Shown: positions 11,091-20,969 of the stretch, piece after piece
How positions within the stretch are numbered: position 1 is the first letter of the stretch
Layout of the letters: each line of letters opens with the position of its first letter
Origin: an uncultured Eubacteriales bacterium
Lineage (GTDB): Bacteria > Bacillota > Clostridia > Peptostreptococcales > Anaerovoracaceae
Length of the DNA stretch: 64,000 bases
NCBI GenBank assembly: GCA_900317675.1
Contig: ONHU01000002.1
Coordinates: 10,697 to 74,696 of the forward strand
Direction of reading: 5' to 3'
Position numbers and translations under genes: made by a program
The notes under the pieces: model-generated
The model's database searches: none
What the model was told of the DNA's origin: nothing
The model's input: the letters and a program-made list of their open reading frames with translations, nothing else

Positions 11091-12524
11091 ATGGCTGATA
11101 CAATAGCTGCTATTTCTACAGCGCCGGGTGAAGGCGGAATCGGGATCGTCAGAGTCAGCGGCCCTGCCAGTCTGGAACTGATGCGCAAGATGATGGCCGG
11201 ATGTCCGGAGGATGTGGAGCCAAGACACGCTTATTACGGAAAAGTAGTAGCCGACAGCTCTGATCCGGAAGCAGAAACAATAGATGAGGCAGTTTTTCTC
11301 TATATGAAAAGCCCTGCTTCATATACCGGAGAGGATATGCTTGAGATTCAGGGTCATGGAAGCAATGCATCTCTTAAGGCGATACTCAGAGCAGTACTGA
11401 ACTCGGGGATCAGCGGTGTTCGCATGGCGGAGCCCGGGGAATTTACCAAAACAGCTTTTCTCAATGGAAAAATGGACCTCACTCAGGCCGAGGCTGTCAT
11501 TGATATCATCAAGGCCAAGACTGACATGTCCCTTACGATCGCAGAGAACCAGAGAGAGGGCAGACTCGGGGATGCTGTCAGAGAGATCCGTGATTTCCTG
11601 CTTGATATCCTTGCTGAAATGGCTGTCGATATCGATTATCCGGAAGAAGAAGTCTATGATGAATATGAATATCCGGATTCAGTCGGCGAAGAGAAGATTT
11701 CCGACCTTGTCGGCAAGCTTCGCTGGGTCATTTCGGATGTCCAGGATCTTATCGATACGGCAAATATCGGCAGGATAGCCAGAGATGGTGTACGGGCCGT
11801 TATCGTCGGCAAACCTAACGCGGGCAAAAGTACACTTATGAATGCTCTTCTGGGTGAAGGCAGAGTCATCGTTACGGACGTTCCGGGAACAACAAGAGAT
11901 ACAGTAGAAGAAACTGCTTCGATGGCAGGGATCCCTATCGTTCTGGTCGATACTGCCGGCCTCAGAGAAACAGAAGACGAGGTCGAAAAGATCGGAATTG
12001 AGAGGACTACACAGGCGCTTGCCGGCGCTGATATTATCATTCTGGTCCTTGACGGCAGTTCAAGACTTGATGAAGATGACGAGAAGATCCTTGGGTTTAT
12101 TGAGAACATGAACGCCGGAAATATCATAGCCGTCATCAACAAGCAGGATCTCGGCAGAACTATTACCGAAGAAGAGGTCCTCAATAAGCTTCCGGAAGCT
12201 ACTGTTATCACCACATCCCTCATTGGATCCGCAGCAAACGACGCGGCCAAAGAGATATCGGAAAAGATCGGCGAACTTCTTGAACTTGGCAGCATCAACT
12301 TCAGCGAAACCAACATTATCACGAATGAAAGACATCTCCGGCTTCTGAGAAACGCCGAGATGAATCTGGACGAAGCGATCGCGATGCTCCAGAACGGAGA
12401 ACCTCTGGAGGTTGCAGAGCTCTCTGCTCACTATGCCTATAATTCACTGGGAATTATCCTGGGAGAGGAAGCCGGTGAAGAGGTCCTCGACAGAGTTTTC
12501 AGCAAATTCTGTCTGGGCAAGTAA
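11091..12524 (+). CDS. mnmE: tRNA modification GTPase MnmE
   Basis: DTIAAISTAPGEGGIGIVRVSG N-terminus, G-domain GKPNAGKST/DTAG/NKQD, C-terminal FCLGK motif. Confidence 0.92.
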   Translation: MADTIAAISTAPGEGGIGIVRVSGPASLELMRKMMAGCPEDVEPRHAYYGKVVADSSDPEAETIDEAVFLYMKSPASYTGEDMLEIQGHGSNASLKAILRAVLNSGISGVRMAEPGEFTKTAFLNGKMDLTQAEAVIDIIKAKTDMSLTIAENQREGRLGDAVREIRDFLLDILAEMAVDIDYPEEEVYDEYEYPDSVGEEKISDLVGKLRWVISDVQDLIDTANIGRIARDGVRAVIVGKPNAGKSTLMNALLGEGRVIVTDVPGTTRDTVEETASMAGIPIVLVDTAGLRETEDEVEKIGIERTTQALAGADIIILVLDGSSRLDEDDEKILGFIENMNAGNIIAVINKQDLGRTITEEEVLNKLPEATVITTSLIGSAANDAAKEISEKIGELLELGSINFSETNIITNERHLRLLRNAEMNLDEAIAMLQNGEPLEVAELSAHYAYNSLGIILGEEAGEEVLDRVFSKFCLGK

Positions 12525-12555
12525 TAAATTAATGTATTAAACAGATATATTTCCT

Positions 12556-14562
12556 ATGACTGAAACGATCAATTCAGACAGATACAACATAATAGTCATC
12601 GGTGCCGGCCACGCTGGATGCGAGGCCGGTCTTGTTGCGGCCAGAATGGGCATGACTTCAGCGATTTTCTGCACAGATATCGAATCTGTTGCTATGATGC
12701 CGTGCAATCCTTCCATCGGAGGAACAGGCAAGGGCCATCTGGTCAGAGAGATCGACGCGCTTGGCGGTGAGATGGGACTGAATACAGACAAAACATTCAT
12801 CCAGTCCAAAATGCTCAATACCTCTAAAGGCCCTGCGGTCCATTCTCTCAGAGCTCAGGCAGACAAGCACAGATATCATGATGAGATGCTCAGTACGATC
12901 AGAAGCCAGAAAAATCTGGATCTGATCGTTGCCGAGATCACGGATTTTATTGTCGAGCATGCAGAGGACGAAGCCGTTGAAAGCTCTGATTCTTCCGCAT
13001 ACAGATGCCGCGGAAAGATCACAGGCGTCAGGACAGCAGACGGACGCGCCTTTTATGCCGATGCTGTTGTCATATGCACAGGAACTTTCCTTGGCGGAAA
13101 GATATTTATCGGAGACAACGTCACTGTTTCAGGACCTGCAGGTCTGCCTCCGGCATGCGAGCTCGGAGAGAACCTACGAAGGCTTGGTTTTCCTGTCCGC
13201 AGATTCAAGACAGGAACTCCTGCGAGGATGCTCAGAGACACACTTGACTATTCAAGGATGAAAGAGCAGAAAGGTGATGAGCGTATCGTGCCTTTCAGCT
13301 TTATGAATGAAGATAACGAATACCACATAGACCAGATCTCGTGCTGGCTCTCTTATACCAACGAGGAGACTCACAGGATCATTCTCGATAATATCGATAA
13401 GTCTGCCATGTACTCGGGCAACATTGTCGGGGTCGGCCCGAGATACTGTCCGTCTATTGAGGACAAAGTATCGCGTTTCACGGACAGAAAGAGACATCAG
13501 CTGTTTGTTGAACCTGAAGGGCTCGATACGGACTGGATGTATATACAGGGGATGAGTTCCAGCCTTCCTGAAGATGTACAGCATCAGTTCTATGCTACGA
13601 TACCCGGACTTGAGCATGCTGAGATAGTTGCCCCGGCTTATGCCATAGAGTATGACTGTGTCGATCCGCTTTCTCTCAGACCAAGTCTTGAAAGCAAGAT
13701 CCTCGAAAATCTTTTCTGCGCAGGTCAGTTCAACGGCAGTTCCGGTTATGAAGAAGCTGCAGCCCAGGGACTTATCGCAGGTATCAACGCTGTCAGAAAG
13801 CTTCGCGGTCAGTCACCGCTTGTTTTAAGAAGAGATCAGGCGTACATCGGAGTTCTTATTGATGACCTTGTAACCAAAGGGACCAATGAGCCTTACAGGA
13901 TCATGACCTCAAGAGCCGAGTACAGGCTGCTTCTCAGGCAGGATAACGCAGACCGGAGACTGACGCCTGTAGGCTATGAGTACGGTTCGGTCACTGAGGA
14001 GAGATATCAGAGATTCCTGAGCAAGTGCTCCCGCGTGGATGCTGAGATCAGCAGACTGAGAAGCAAGAAGACTGATATCGATTCTTTCAGAGAATTTCTG
14101 TACAGACATGAGTGCGATATGCAGACCGGTAAGCTGGATCCGGCAGTTATAGAAAGAAAGCGCATAGATATTGCCGAGACCGGCAATCAGTACTTTGCAG
14201 ATATTCTCAAACGGCCTCTTATTACATATGATGATCTGGCGGAGATCGACGATGATACGAGACCTCTTCTTGGCAGCAATGAAAAGACCGAAGTCGAAGT
14301 AATGATGAAGTACGACGGCTATATCCGCAAGCAGGTCAGCGAAGTAGAAAAGCTCAGGAATCTTGAGTCAAAACGCCTCAGAGAAGATCTTGAATACAAT
14401 GAGATCAAAGGTCTCAGGCTTGAAGCACGCCAGAAGCTTTCAGAGATCCGTCCCCGCACTGTGGGTCAGGCAAGCAGGATCTCAGGAGTATCTCCTGCGG
14501 ATATCAATGTACTGCTTATATTCCTTGAAAAGGAAATGCGCTCAGCTCAGACTAATAACTAA
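12556..14562 (+). CDS. mnmG: tRNA uridine 5-carboxymethylaminomethyl modification enzyme MnmG (GidA)
   Basis: 668 aa. VIGAGHAGCEA FAD motif; GPRYCPSIEDK. Confidence 0.92.
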   Translation: MTETINSDRYNIIVIGAGHAGCEAGLVAARMGMTSAIFCTDIESVAMMPCNPSIGGTGKGHLVREIDALGGEMGLNTDKTFIQSKMLNTSKGPAVHSLRAQADKHRYHDEMLSTIRSQKNLDLIVAEITDFIVEHAEDEAVESSDSSAYRCRGKITGVRTADGRAFYADAVVICTGTFLGGKIFIGDNVTVSGPAGLPPACELGENLRRLGFPVRRFKTGTPARMLRDTLDYSRMKEQKGDERIVPFSFMNEDNEYHIDQISCWLSYTNEETHRIILDNIDKSAMYSGNIVGVGPRYCPSIEDKVSRFTDRKRHQLFVEPEGLDTDWMYIQGMSSSLPEDVQHQFYATIPGLEHAEIVAPAYAIEYDCVDPLSLRPSLESKILENLFCAGQFNGSSGYEEAAAQGLIAGINAVRKLRGQSPLVLRRDQAYIGVLIDDLVTKGTNEPYRIMTSRAEYRLLLRQDNADRRLTPVGYEYGSVTEERYQRFLSKCSRVDAEISRLRSKKTDIDSFREFLYRHECDMQTGKLDPAVIERKRIDIAETGNQYFADILKRPLITYDDLAEIDDDTRPLLGSNEKTEVEVMMKYDGYIRKQVSEVEKLRNLESKRLREDLEYNEIKGLRLEARQKLSEIRPRTVGQASRISGVSPADINVLLIFLEKEMRSAQTNN

Positions 14563-14567
14563 CAGAT

Positions 14568-15230
14568 ATGAACGGAAACGAAACGACTGCTGCTCTCATC
14601 GCAGCTTTAACAGAGAAATACGGAAAAGAAACGGCAGACAGACTGGTTTCATATATTGATCTCGTCCTCGACAGAAATCAGCATATCAACCTTACTGCAG
14701 TCCGCGACAGAGATGAAGCAATGCAGAAGCATCTTGCTGACTCTCTTTCTGTTACTTCTCTGCCGGAATACAGCAAGGCAGAGAAAATCATTGATGTCGG
14801 AACCGGAGCAGGTTTTCCGGGCGCGCTTCTTGCTATTGCGGATCCGGACAAAGAATTCGTTCTCCTTGACTCTACTCTCAAACGGCTCAGAGTCATTGAT
14901 GAATTTGCTGCTTCTCTTGATGCAGACAACATCAGCACAGTACATGCCAGGGCAGAGGAGATCCAGAAAGATCCTGAATTTAAGGAGGCTTTCGATCTGT
15001 GTGTCTCCAGAGCTGTGGCAAGTCTGGATAAGCTGGCTGGCTGGTGTCTTCCCTTTGTTAAGCCCGGCGGGACTTTCGTTGCATACAAGGGCGGGAATTA
15101 TCAGGAAGAACTGAAGCTTGCCGATAAAAGCCTCAGAAAGTTCAAAGGGAAGCTTGACAGAGTGGTGCATGTCGGATCTGAAGCAGACGATATCTCAGGA
15201 CATGTGCTTCTGGTAATCAGTAAACGATAA
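14568..15230 (+). CDS. rsmG: 16S rRNA (guanine527-N7)-methyltransferase
   Basis: 220 aa. INLTAVRD, DVGTGAGFPG SAM motif. Position after mnmG. Confidence 0.88.
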   Translation: MNGNETTAALIAALTEKYGKETADRLVSYIDLVLDRNQHINLTAVRDRDEAMQKHLADSLSVTSLPEYSKAEKIIDVGTGAGFPGALLAIADPDKEFVLLDSTLKRLRVIDEFAASLDADNISTVHARAEEIQKDPEFKEAFDLCVSRAVASLDKLAGWCLPFVKPGGTFVAYKGGNYQEELKLADKSLRKFKGKLDRVVHVGSEADDISGHVLLVISKR

Positions 15231-15232
15231 AT

Positions 15233-15248
15233 TGTTTCACGTGAAACA
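15233..15248. promoter_or_regulatory. parS centromere site (perfect consensus)
   Basis: TGTTTCACGTGAAACA, a 16-bp perfect palindrome equal to the Firmicute parS consensus, 3 nt after the rsmG stop. Confidence 0.85.
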
Positions 15249-15262
15249 ATGCTGAAAGACTC

Positions 15263-15292
15263 AAGGACGCTTATCAGGAGCGTCCTTTTTTG
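15263..15292 (+). terminator. Intrinsic terminator of the mnmEG-rsmG unit
   Basis: AAGGACGCT-tatcagg-AGCGTCCTT followed by TTTTT. Confidence 0.65.
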
Positions 15293-15322
15293 TCTGAAGA
15301 AGGGAAATAAGCACATAAATAA

Positions 15323-15338
15323 TGTTTCACGTGAAACA
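15323..15338. promoter_or_regulatory. parS centromere site (second perfect copy)
   Basis: TGTTTCACGTGAAACA again, 90 bp from the first copy and upstream of parA. Confidence 0.85.
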
Positions 15339-15585
15339 TGTTATTGTAACCAGGCACAATATGTAGTAGCTGGTGAAGCGGAAAACCACCATACATCCGA
15401 TGCATATTATTTAGACCAGTATAATCACGCAATCTACACATACTGTCATCAAGAAACCTTGGAATAAACAGACAAAAAGAAGTATAATACAATGAAGTAT
15501 TTAATCGGGCAGTGTGCGTTTCCGGAAGATCCACCGCAAAGTGGGCTTCCTTAAATGCGTCAAAAAAGCCCCGGGAGGTTTATGC

Positions 15586-16374
15586 ATGGGCAAAGCGATC
15601 GCTATATTCAACCAGAAAGGCGGAGTAGGCAAAACAACAACCAATATCAATCTGGCAGCCTGCCTGGCTAACAGAGGCAAGAAAGTTCTGATGGTCGATA
15701 TCGACCCTCAGGGCAATACGACCAGCGGTATAGGTATCAGAAAGAGGACTCTCAAGACAACTCTGTATGACTGTCTGATCGATGAGACTTTTGATGTAAG
15801 AAAAGCTATCCTGCCGACGAATACGGAGAATCTTTTCATAATTCCGGCAAGCGTGGACCTTGCGGGAGCCGAGGTCGAGCTCGCCCAGCTGGAAGCCAGA
15901 GAGAGAAGACTCAAGAGGGTCATTGACGCGGTACGTAAGGATTATGATTTTATCCTCGTCGACTGCCCTCCTTCGCTTGGAGTACTCACTATCAACTCTC
16001 TTACGGCAGTGGACAGCGTTCTGATCCCGATCCAGTGCGAATTCTATGCTCTTGAGGGAGTAAGTCAGCTGATAAGCACGATCGAGATGGTCAGAAAGAG
16101 ACTCAATCCATCTCTGTACATCGACGGAGTCATACTCAGCATGTTTGACGGCAGGACCAATCTGTCTCAGGCCGTAGTACAGGATGTAAGAAGCTTTTTC
16201 GGCTCTGCTATGTATGAAACGATCATTCCGAGAAACGTAAGACTCGCAGAGGCGCCAAGCTATGGCGTTCCAATCATAAAATATGACCCGTCCGCACCGG
16301 GCGCTAAAGCATATCAGGCATTCACCAAGGAGTTTCTCGCAAGAGAAAGAGCAAGAAGGAAAGCGAAGAAATAG
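15586..16374 (+). CDS. parA: Chromosome partitioning ATPase ParA/Soj
   Basis: MGKAIAIFNQKGGVGKTTT deviant Walker A after a GGGAGG RBS. The ORF-track start at 15514 was rejected. Confidence 0.9.
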   Translation: MGKAIAIFNQKGGVGKTTTNINLAACLANRGKKVLMVDIDPQGNTTSGIGIRKRTLKTTLYDCLIDETFDVRKAILPTNTENLFIIPASVDLAGAEVELAQLEARERRLKRVIDAVRKDYDFILVDCPPSLGVLTINSLTAVDSVLIPIQCEFYALEGVSQLISTIEMVRKRLNPSLYIDGVILSMFDGRTNLSQAVVQDVRSFFGSAMYETIIPRNVRLAEAPSYGVPIIKYDPSAPGAKAYQAFTKEFLARERARRKAKK

Positions 16375-16376
16375 AA

Positions 16377-17336
16377 ATGGCAAGGAAAGCAGGACTGGGA
16401 CGGGGACTCGATGCGCTCTTTGCTGATGCAGCCCCGATAAGCGAAGAACAGCAGGCAGAAAACACAAAGAGCAAAAAAGCAGCGGCAGATCTGAGTAAAG
16501 CAGAAGAAACACCAGAAAGCACAGACAGAGACCGCGTATTATACATAGATATAAATGACATCAAACCTAACAGCGCGCAGCCGAGAAGCGTTTTCGACGA
16601 AGAAAAGCTGAAAGAGCTTGCAGGGTCGATCAAGGCGAACGGAGTCATACAGCCTCTGATCGTACGTGAAGGCAAAACCGGATACGAGCTGGTAGCAGGT
16701 GAACGAAGATGGAGAGCATCCCGTATCGCGGGGCTCAGAAAGATTCCATGCATCGTAAGGGATTTTGACGACAGGCAGAACGCGATCGTCGCCATTATCG
16801 AAAACATGCAGAGAGAAGATCTGAACCCGATCGAAGAAGCCGCAGGTCTCAAGGCGATGACCGAAAAATACGGTTTCACGCAGGAGCAGATCTCGGTATC
16901 CCTCGGACGCAGCAGGACATATATCGCCAACAGCATCAGACTGCTGAAGCTGCCTCCTGAGATACAGGAGTACGTGTCCAGCGGACAGATGTCCGCGGCT
17001 CACGGAAGAACCATCATTAACATACCGGATAAGGTAAAACAGAAAGAAATCGCGGACAAGATCATCCGGAACGATCTTTCCGTAAGGGCTACCGAAAAAC
17101 TGGCGGAGAGAGTCAAAGACGAACTCAGGCCGGAAAGAAAGCGCCGCAAAGGCTACGAAGAAGCGCAGAAGCAGGGAAAATCAGAAGATGTACTTGCAGT
17201 TGAGCGCGAATTAATGACACTGACAGGAACAAAAGTAAACATAACCGGAGACAGCAAAGGCAAACTTGAGCTCGAGTATTACAGCATAGAGGAACTGAAC
17301 AGACTCATAGATATCATCAGAGAGGCATTCAGATAA
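16377..17336 (+). CDS. parB: Chromosome partitioning protein ParB/Spo0J
   Basis: 319 aa. QPR..F, GVIQPLIVR, ELVAGERRWRAS (ParB box), helix-turn-helix region. Confidence 0.9.
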   Translation: MARKAGLGRGLDALFADAAPISEEQQAENTKSKKAAADLSKAEETPESTDRDRVLYIDINDIKPNSAQPRSVFDEEKLKELAGSIKANGVIQPLIVREGKTGYELVAGERRWRASRIAGLRKIPCIVRDFDDRQNAIVAIIENMQREDLNPIEEAAGLKAMTEKYGFTQEQISVSLGRSRTYIANSIRLLKLPPEIQEYVSSGQMSAAHGRTIINIPDKVKQKEIADKIIRNDLSVRATEKLAERVKDELRPERKRRKGYEEAQKQGKSEDVLAVERELMTLTGTKVNITGDSKGKLELEYYSIEELNRLIDIIREAFR

Positions 17337-17348
17337 GAAGGTGCAGAC

Positions 17349-19100
17349 ATGAAAAAGAGTTTTATTACCCAGCTTCCGATACCTGCATGTGTCGTGGGAA
17401 AAGACGGAAACGTTGTAAAAGCGAATTCTTTCATCAAAAATGTATTCCTGTATGAGGATATAGTTGGGACTAATTTCTTCGCGCTGACCGGAGTCAAAAG
17501 AGATATACTGCTGACCGCCAACAACGAAGAAGTCATAATCGAGAAAAACAAGAGACTTTTTAAGCTCTGGACCAACGAAAACCCGAAGCCGGACGAGGAT
17601 ATCGCCGTACTCTTTGACGAAGCGACGGCAAGAGAATCGTTCCGGACCAAGCTTGAGGCAGACCGCGCAGTCATCATGTATATCAACATAGATAATTATG
17701 ATGAACTGGTGGCAAGCTCGCTCGACGAAAACAAAAGAGCGATCCCTTCCAGGATAGACAGTATCGTCAGGAAGTGGGGCGCGTCCTACGATTCGCCGGT
17801 AATCAGTATAAATGATGATAAATACATCATGTATACCAATTTCAGCAAGCTGGAAAAAATGGTCAAGGACAGTTTCAGCGTACTCGATGAGGTCAGAAAG
17901 ATAGAATCCGAGGCCGACTTCCCGGCATCTGTAAGTATAGGTGCCGGATGCTCAGAGATATCTCTGGTCGAGTCCACAGAACTTGCAGAGGCAGCGCTTG
18001 AACTTGCCCTCGGACGAGGCGGCGATCAGGCGGTTGTCAAGACTGATGAGGGCACCAAGTACTACGGCGGTACTCTTCAGGCAATCGAAAAGAGCAACAG
18101 AGGTAAGGCCAGAGTCATAGCTCACGCAATGAAGGCCATGATCAAGGACGCTGACAAGATCCTGATCATGGGTCACCGCTGGCCGGATATGGATGCGTTC
18201 GGTTCTGCGATCGGCGCTTCGGCAATCTGCAGATATCTCGGAAAAGAATCGTTTATTGTCATAGATAAACATAACGAAGCACTCGATTACATCTTCAATC
18301 AGGCAGAAGATTCCGGAGATTACAACATAATAAAACAGGAAAAGGCCATCAAAATGGTCACGCCGGATACTCTGCTGATCATAGTAGATACCAACAGACC
18401 GGTGCTGGTCGAAAGCATGGACCTTGTCGACGAGTGTAAGACGAGGATCATCATCGATCACCACAGACTGACAGACGATTCATTCCAGAACGCTTCTATA
18501 GCGTACATCGAATCCTATGCATCCTCGGCAAGCGAGCTTATGGCAGAGCTTCTCCAGAACATCTCCCAGAAGAGGTTTATCAACAAGTTTGAAGCAGAAG
18601 CAATGCTTGCAGGCATAAGAGTAGATTCAAACAATTTCTCCGGAAGGACAGGTGTCCGCACTTTTGAAGCCGCTGCATGGCTCAAGAGAGCAGGAGCTGA
18701 CGCGACTGAAGTCAAGAAATTCTTCCAGATGGAACAGACGGATTTCAAGTCAAAAGCCAGCGCGCTGGCACGCGCTGAATTTACCGATTACGGCATAGCT
18801 TATGCGACAACACGCGGACATACCGGAAACTCACCTATCATCAACGCTCAGGTAGCAGATGAGCTTCTGATGATAAAAGGCGTGAAGGCATCCTTCGTAC
18901 TGGGCATCAATGAGAAAAACCAGACGATCATCAGCGCAAGGTCTCTCGGTGAGATCAACGTGCAGTCTCTGATGGAGAAATTCGGCGGAGGCGGACATTT
19001 CACATCTTCCGCCGCTCAGGTAGAAGAACCGCTTGAGGTTGTCGAAGAACAGCTTAAAAAGATAGTGAAATCCAGCATTTCAAAGGAAAAAGAGGAATAA
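17349..19100 (+). CDS. gdpP: DHH/DHHA1 phosphodiesterase with PAS-like and degenerate GGDEF-like N-terminal regions (GdpP/YybT-like, no transmembrane helices)
   Basis: 583 aa. MGHRWPDMDAFGSAIG (DHH), IIDHHR, GGGGH (DHHA1). Conserved position upstream of rplI-dnaB. Confidence 0.65.
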   Translation: MKKSFITQLPIPACVVGKDGNVVKANSFIKNVFLYEDIVGTNFFALTGVKRDILLTANNEEVIIEKNKRLFKLWTNENPKPDEDIAVLFDEATARESFRTKLEADRAVIMYINIDNYDELVASSLDENKRAIPSRIDSIVRKWGASYDSPVISINDDKYIMYTNFSKLEKMVKDSFSVLDEVRKIESEADFPASVSIGAGCSEISLVESTELAEAALELALGRGGDQAVVKTDEGTKYYGGTLQAIEKSNRGKARVIAHAMKAMIKDADKILIMGHRWPDMDAFGSAIGASAICRYLGKESFIVIDKHNEALDYIFNQAEDSGDYNIIKQEKAIKMVTPDTLLIIVDTNRPVLVESMDLVDECKTRIIIDHHRLTDDSFQNASIAYIESYASSASELMAELLQNISQKRFINKFEAEAMLAGIRVDSNNFSGRTGVRTFEAAAWLKRAGADATEVKKFFQMEQTDFKSKASALARAEFTDYGIAYATTRGHTGNSPIINAQVADELLMIKGVKASFVLGINEKNQTIISARSLGEINVQSLMEKFGGGGHFTSSAAQVEEPLEVVEEQLKKIVKSSISKEKEE

Positions 19101-19102
19101 AC

Positions 19103-19546
19103 ATGGAAGTCATACTGAAAAAAGACGTAAAAGGAACAGGCAAAGAAGGTCAGATCGTAAAGGTAAGCGACGGTTTTGCGCGCAACAAGCTCATCCCGGG
19201 AGGATTTGCGGTTGAAGCAACCGAGGCTAACAAGAGAGCGATAGCAAGAGAAAAGGCTAAGGCTGCAGAAAAGTACGCAGCTGACAAAGCTGCCGCAGAG
19301 GAGCTCGCAAAGCAGCTGACTGCAGCTCCGGTCGTAGTCAAAACGAAAGTAGGAGACAACGGCAAGCTCTTCGGATCGATCACATCTATGGATATCGCGC
19401 AGGCTGTTTCCGAGCAGCTCGGAACAGAGGTGGACAAGAAGAAGATCGTGCTTGACAAGCCTATCAAGGAGACCGGGATCTTTGATGTTGACGTAAAGCT
19501 TTTCACAGATGTGACAGCCAAGGTTAAGGTTAAGATCGAAGGATAG
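19103..19546 (+). CDS. rplI: 50S ribosomal protein L9
   Basis: 147 aa. MEVILKKDVKGTGKEGQIVKVSDGFARN. Confidence 0.92.
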   Translation: MEVILKKDVKGTGKEGQIVKVSDGFARNKLIPGGFAVEATEANKRAIAREKAKAAEKYAADKAAAEELAKQLTAAPVVVKTKVGDNGKLFGSITSMDIAQAVSEQLGTEVDKKKIVLDKPIKETGIFDVDVKLFTDVTAKVKVKIEG

Positions 19547-19559
19547 GGACATTTCGCAT

Positions 19560-20945
19560 ATGGATGAAGAAAGAAGCACCAATGTTCCTGTTCCTCCACA
19601 GGATATAGAGGCGGAAAAAGCGGTGCTCGGCGCCATGCTCAAGAGCCAGGACGCCAGAGCAGATGTCAGCAGCATACTTACGCCCGGAGATTTTTACCTG
19701 AACGAACATCAGGAGATCTTCAGGACGATGCTTGAAATGGAGCAAAAGGGAGTCGGCGTAGACATCACTACTGTGTATTCCGCGCTGAGACAGAGAAAGA
19801 CCGCGGAGATGGTCGGCGGCATCACGTACCTCAGCAGGCTGATGGACGAGACCATTGTAGTTTCGAATGCGAAATTTTACGCGGACACTGTTTCAGACAA
19901 ATCCAAAATGAGACAGCTGATCTCTGAAGCAGAAAGGATCAGGGAATCCGCGTATTCAAGCGAGCTTCCTCCGGGAGATATCCTCGACACTGCAGAGCAG
20001 AGGATCCTCGAGATCGCGCAGAAGACGCAGCGGACCAGATATACAGATATCAGCGAGGTCATCGTTGAGAATATCAAGGAGATCCAGGAGCTCGAAAGAC
20101 AGGGCGGAGAGATCAAGGGCATAGAGACAGGCTTCAGAGATGTAGACAAGATACTGGGCGGCTTCCAGAAGACCGACCTGATCATCCTGGCGGCTCGTCC
20201 GGGCGTCGGAAAGACAGCTTTTGCGCTCAATATAGCCGAGCATGCCGCAGCCATAGGCCATAAGGTAATGGTGTTCAGCCTTGAGATGTCCAATCTGCAG
20301 CTCGGGCAGAGACTTCTTTCTATGACATCCAGCGTACCGCTTGAAAATATCCGCCGCGGAGAGATAAGCCCTGAAGACTGGGACAGCCTGAGCGCTGCCC
20401 AGGACAGCTTCTACGGCGCGGATATGGTAATAGACGAATCGTCGTCTATCACACCGATCGAAATGAAGAACAAATGCCGCAGGTACAAGCAGGAGAAAGG
20501 CGGACTCGATCTTGTCATCATCGACTATCTCCAGCTGATGAGTATGGGCGGCTACAGAATAGAGCAGAGAGAAAAAGAAATCGGAGCGATTACCAGATCG
20601 ATCAAGATCATGGCCAAAGAGCTCGGATGCGCAGTCATCCTGCTGTCTCAGCTCTCCAGAGGACCTGAGCAGCGCGGAGGAGATCATATGCCGAAGCTTT
20701 CAGACCTCAGAGATTCCGGAGCGATCGAGCAGGATGCTGACGTTGTTATCTTCCTCAAGAGAGAGGACTACTACCAGAGCGATGATGAAAGGGCGCAGGT
20801 GGATAATTCCACAGGGCTCACATGCATCGTGAACATCGCAAAACACAGAAACGGACCTGTCGGGAGCGCGACTCTCGCATGGGTGCCGAGATATGTCAAA
20901 TTCGGAAACATCGCGCACGAACAGTCCGTACCGGGACAGTTCTGA
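19560..20945 (+). CDS. dnaB: Replicative DNA helicase
   Basis: 461 aa. PPQDIEAEKAVLGAML N-terminus, Walker A ARPGVGKTAF, IIDYLQLM, SQLSR. Confidence 0.92.
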   Translation: MDEERSTNVPVPPQDIEAEKAVLGAMLKSQDARADVSSILTPGDFYLNEHQEIFRTMLEMEQKGVGVDITTVYSALRQRKTAEMVGGITYLSRLMDETIVVSNAKFYADTVSDKSKMRQLISEAERIRESAYSSELPPGDILDTAEQRILEIAQKTQRTRYTDISEVIVENIKEIQELERQGGEIKGIETGFRDVDKILGGFQKTDLIILAARPGVGKTAFALNIAEHAAAIGHKVMVFSLEMSNLQLGQRLLSMTSSVPLENIRRGEISPEDWDSLSAAQDSFYGADMVIDESSSITPIEMKNKCRRYKQEKGGLDLVIIDYLQLMSMGGYRIEQREKEIGAITRSIKIMAKELGCAVILLSQLSRGPEQRGGDHMPKLSDLRDSGAIEQDADVVIFLKREDYYQSDDERAQVDNSTGLTCIVNIAKHRNGPVGSATLAWVPRYVKFGNIAHEQSVPGQF

Positions 20946-20969
20946 CGCATAGCATACCAATTTTAAAAC

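Noticed and set aside
15580-16512. 310-aa antisense ORF overlapping parA/parB. Similar long antisense ORFs occur at 27098-28198, 30857-31783, 48202-49083, 9051-9662, 19956-20687 and 20700-21404.
   Set aside because: These are shadow ORFs opposite well-supported genes. Their composition is Ser/Arg/Cys-rich and low-complexity, they lack RBSs, and they have no recognisable motifs.
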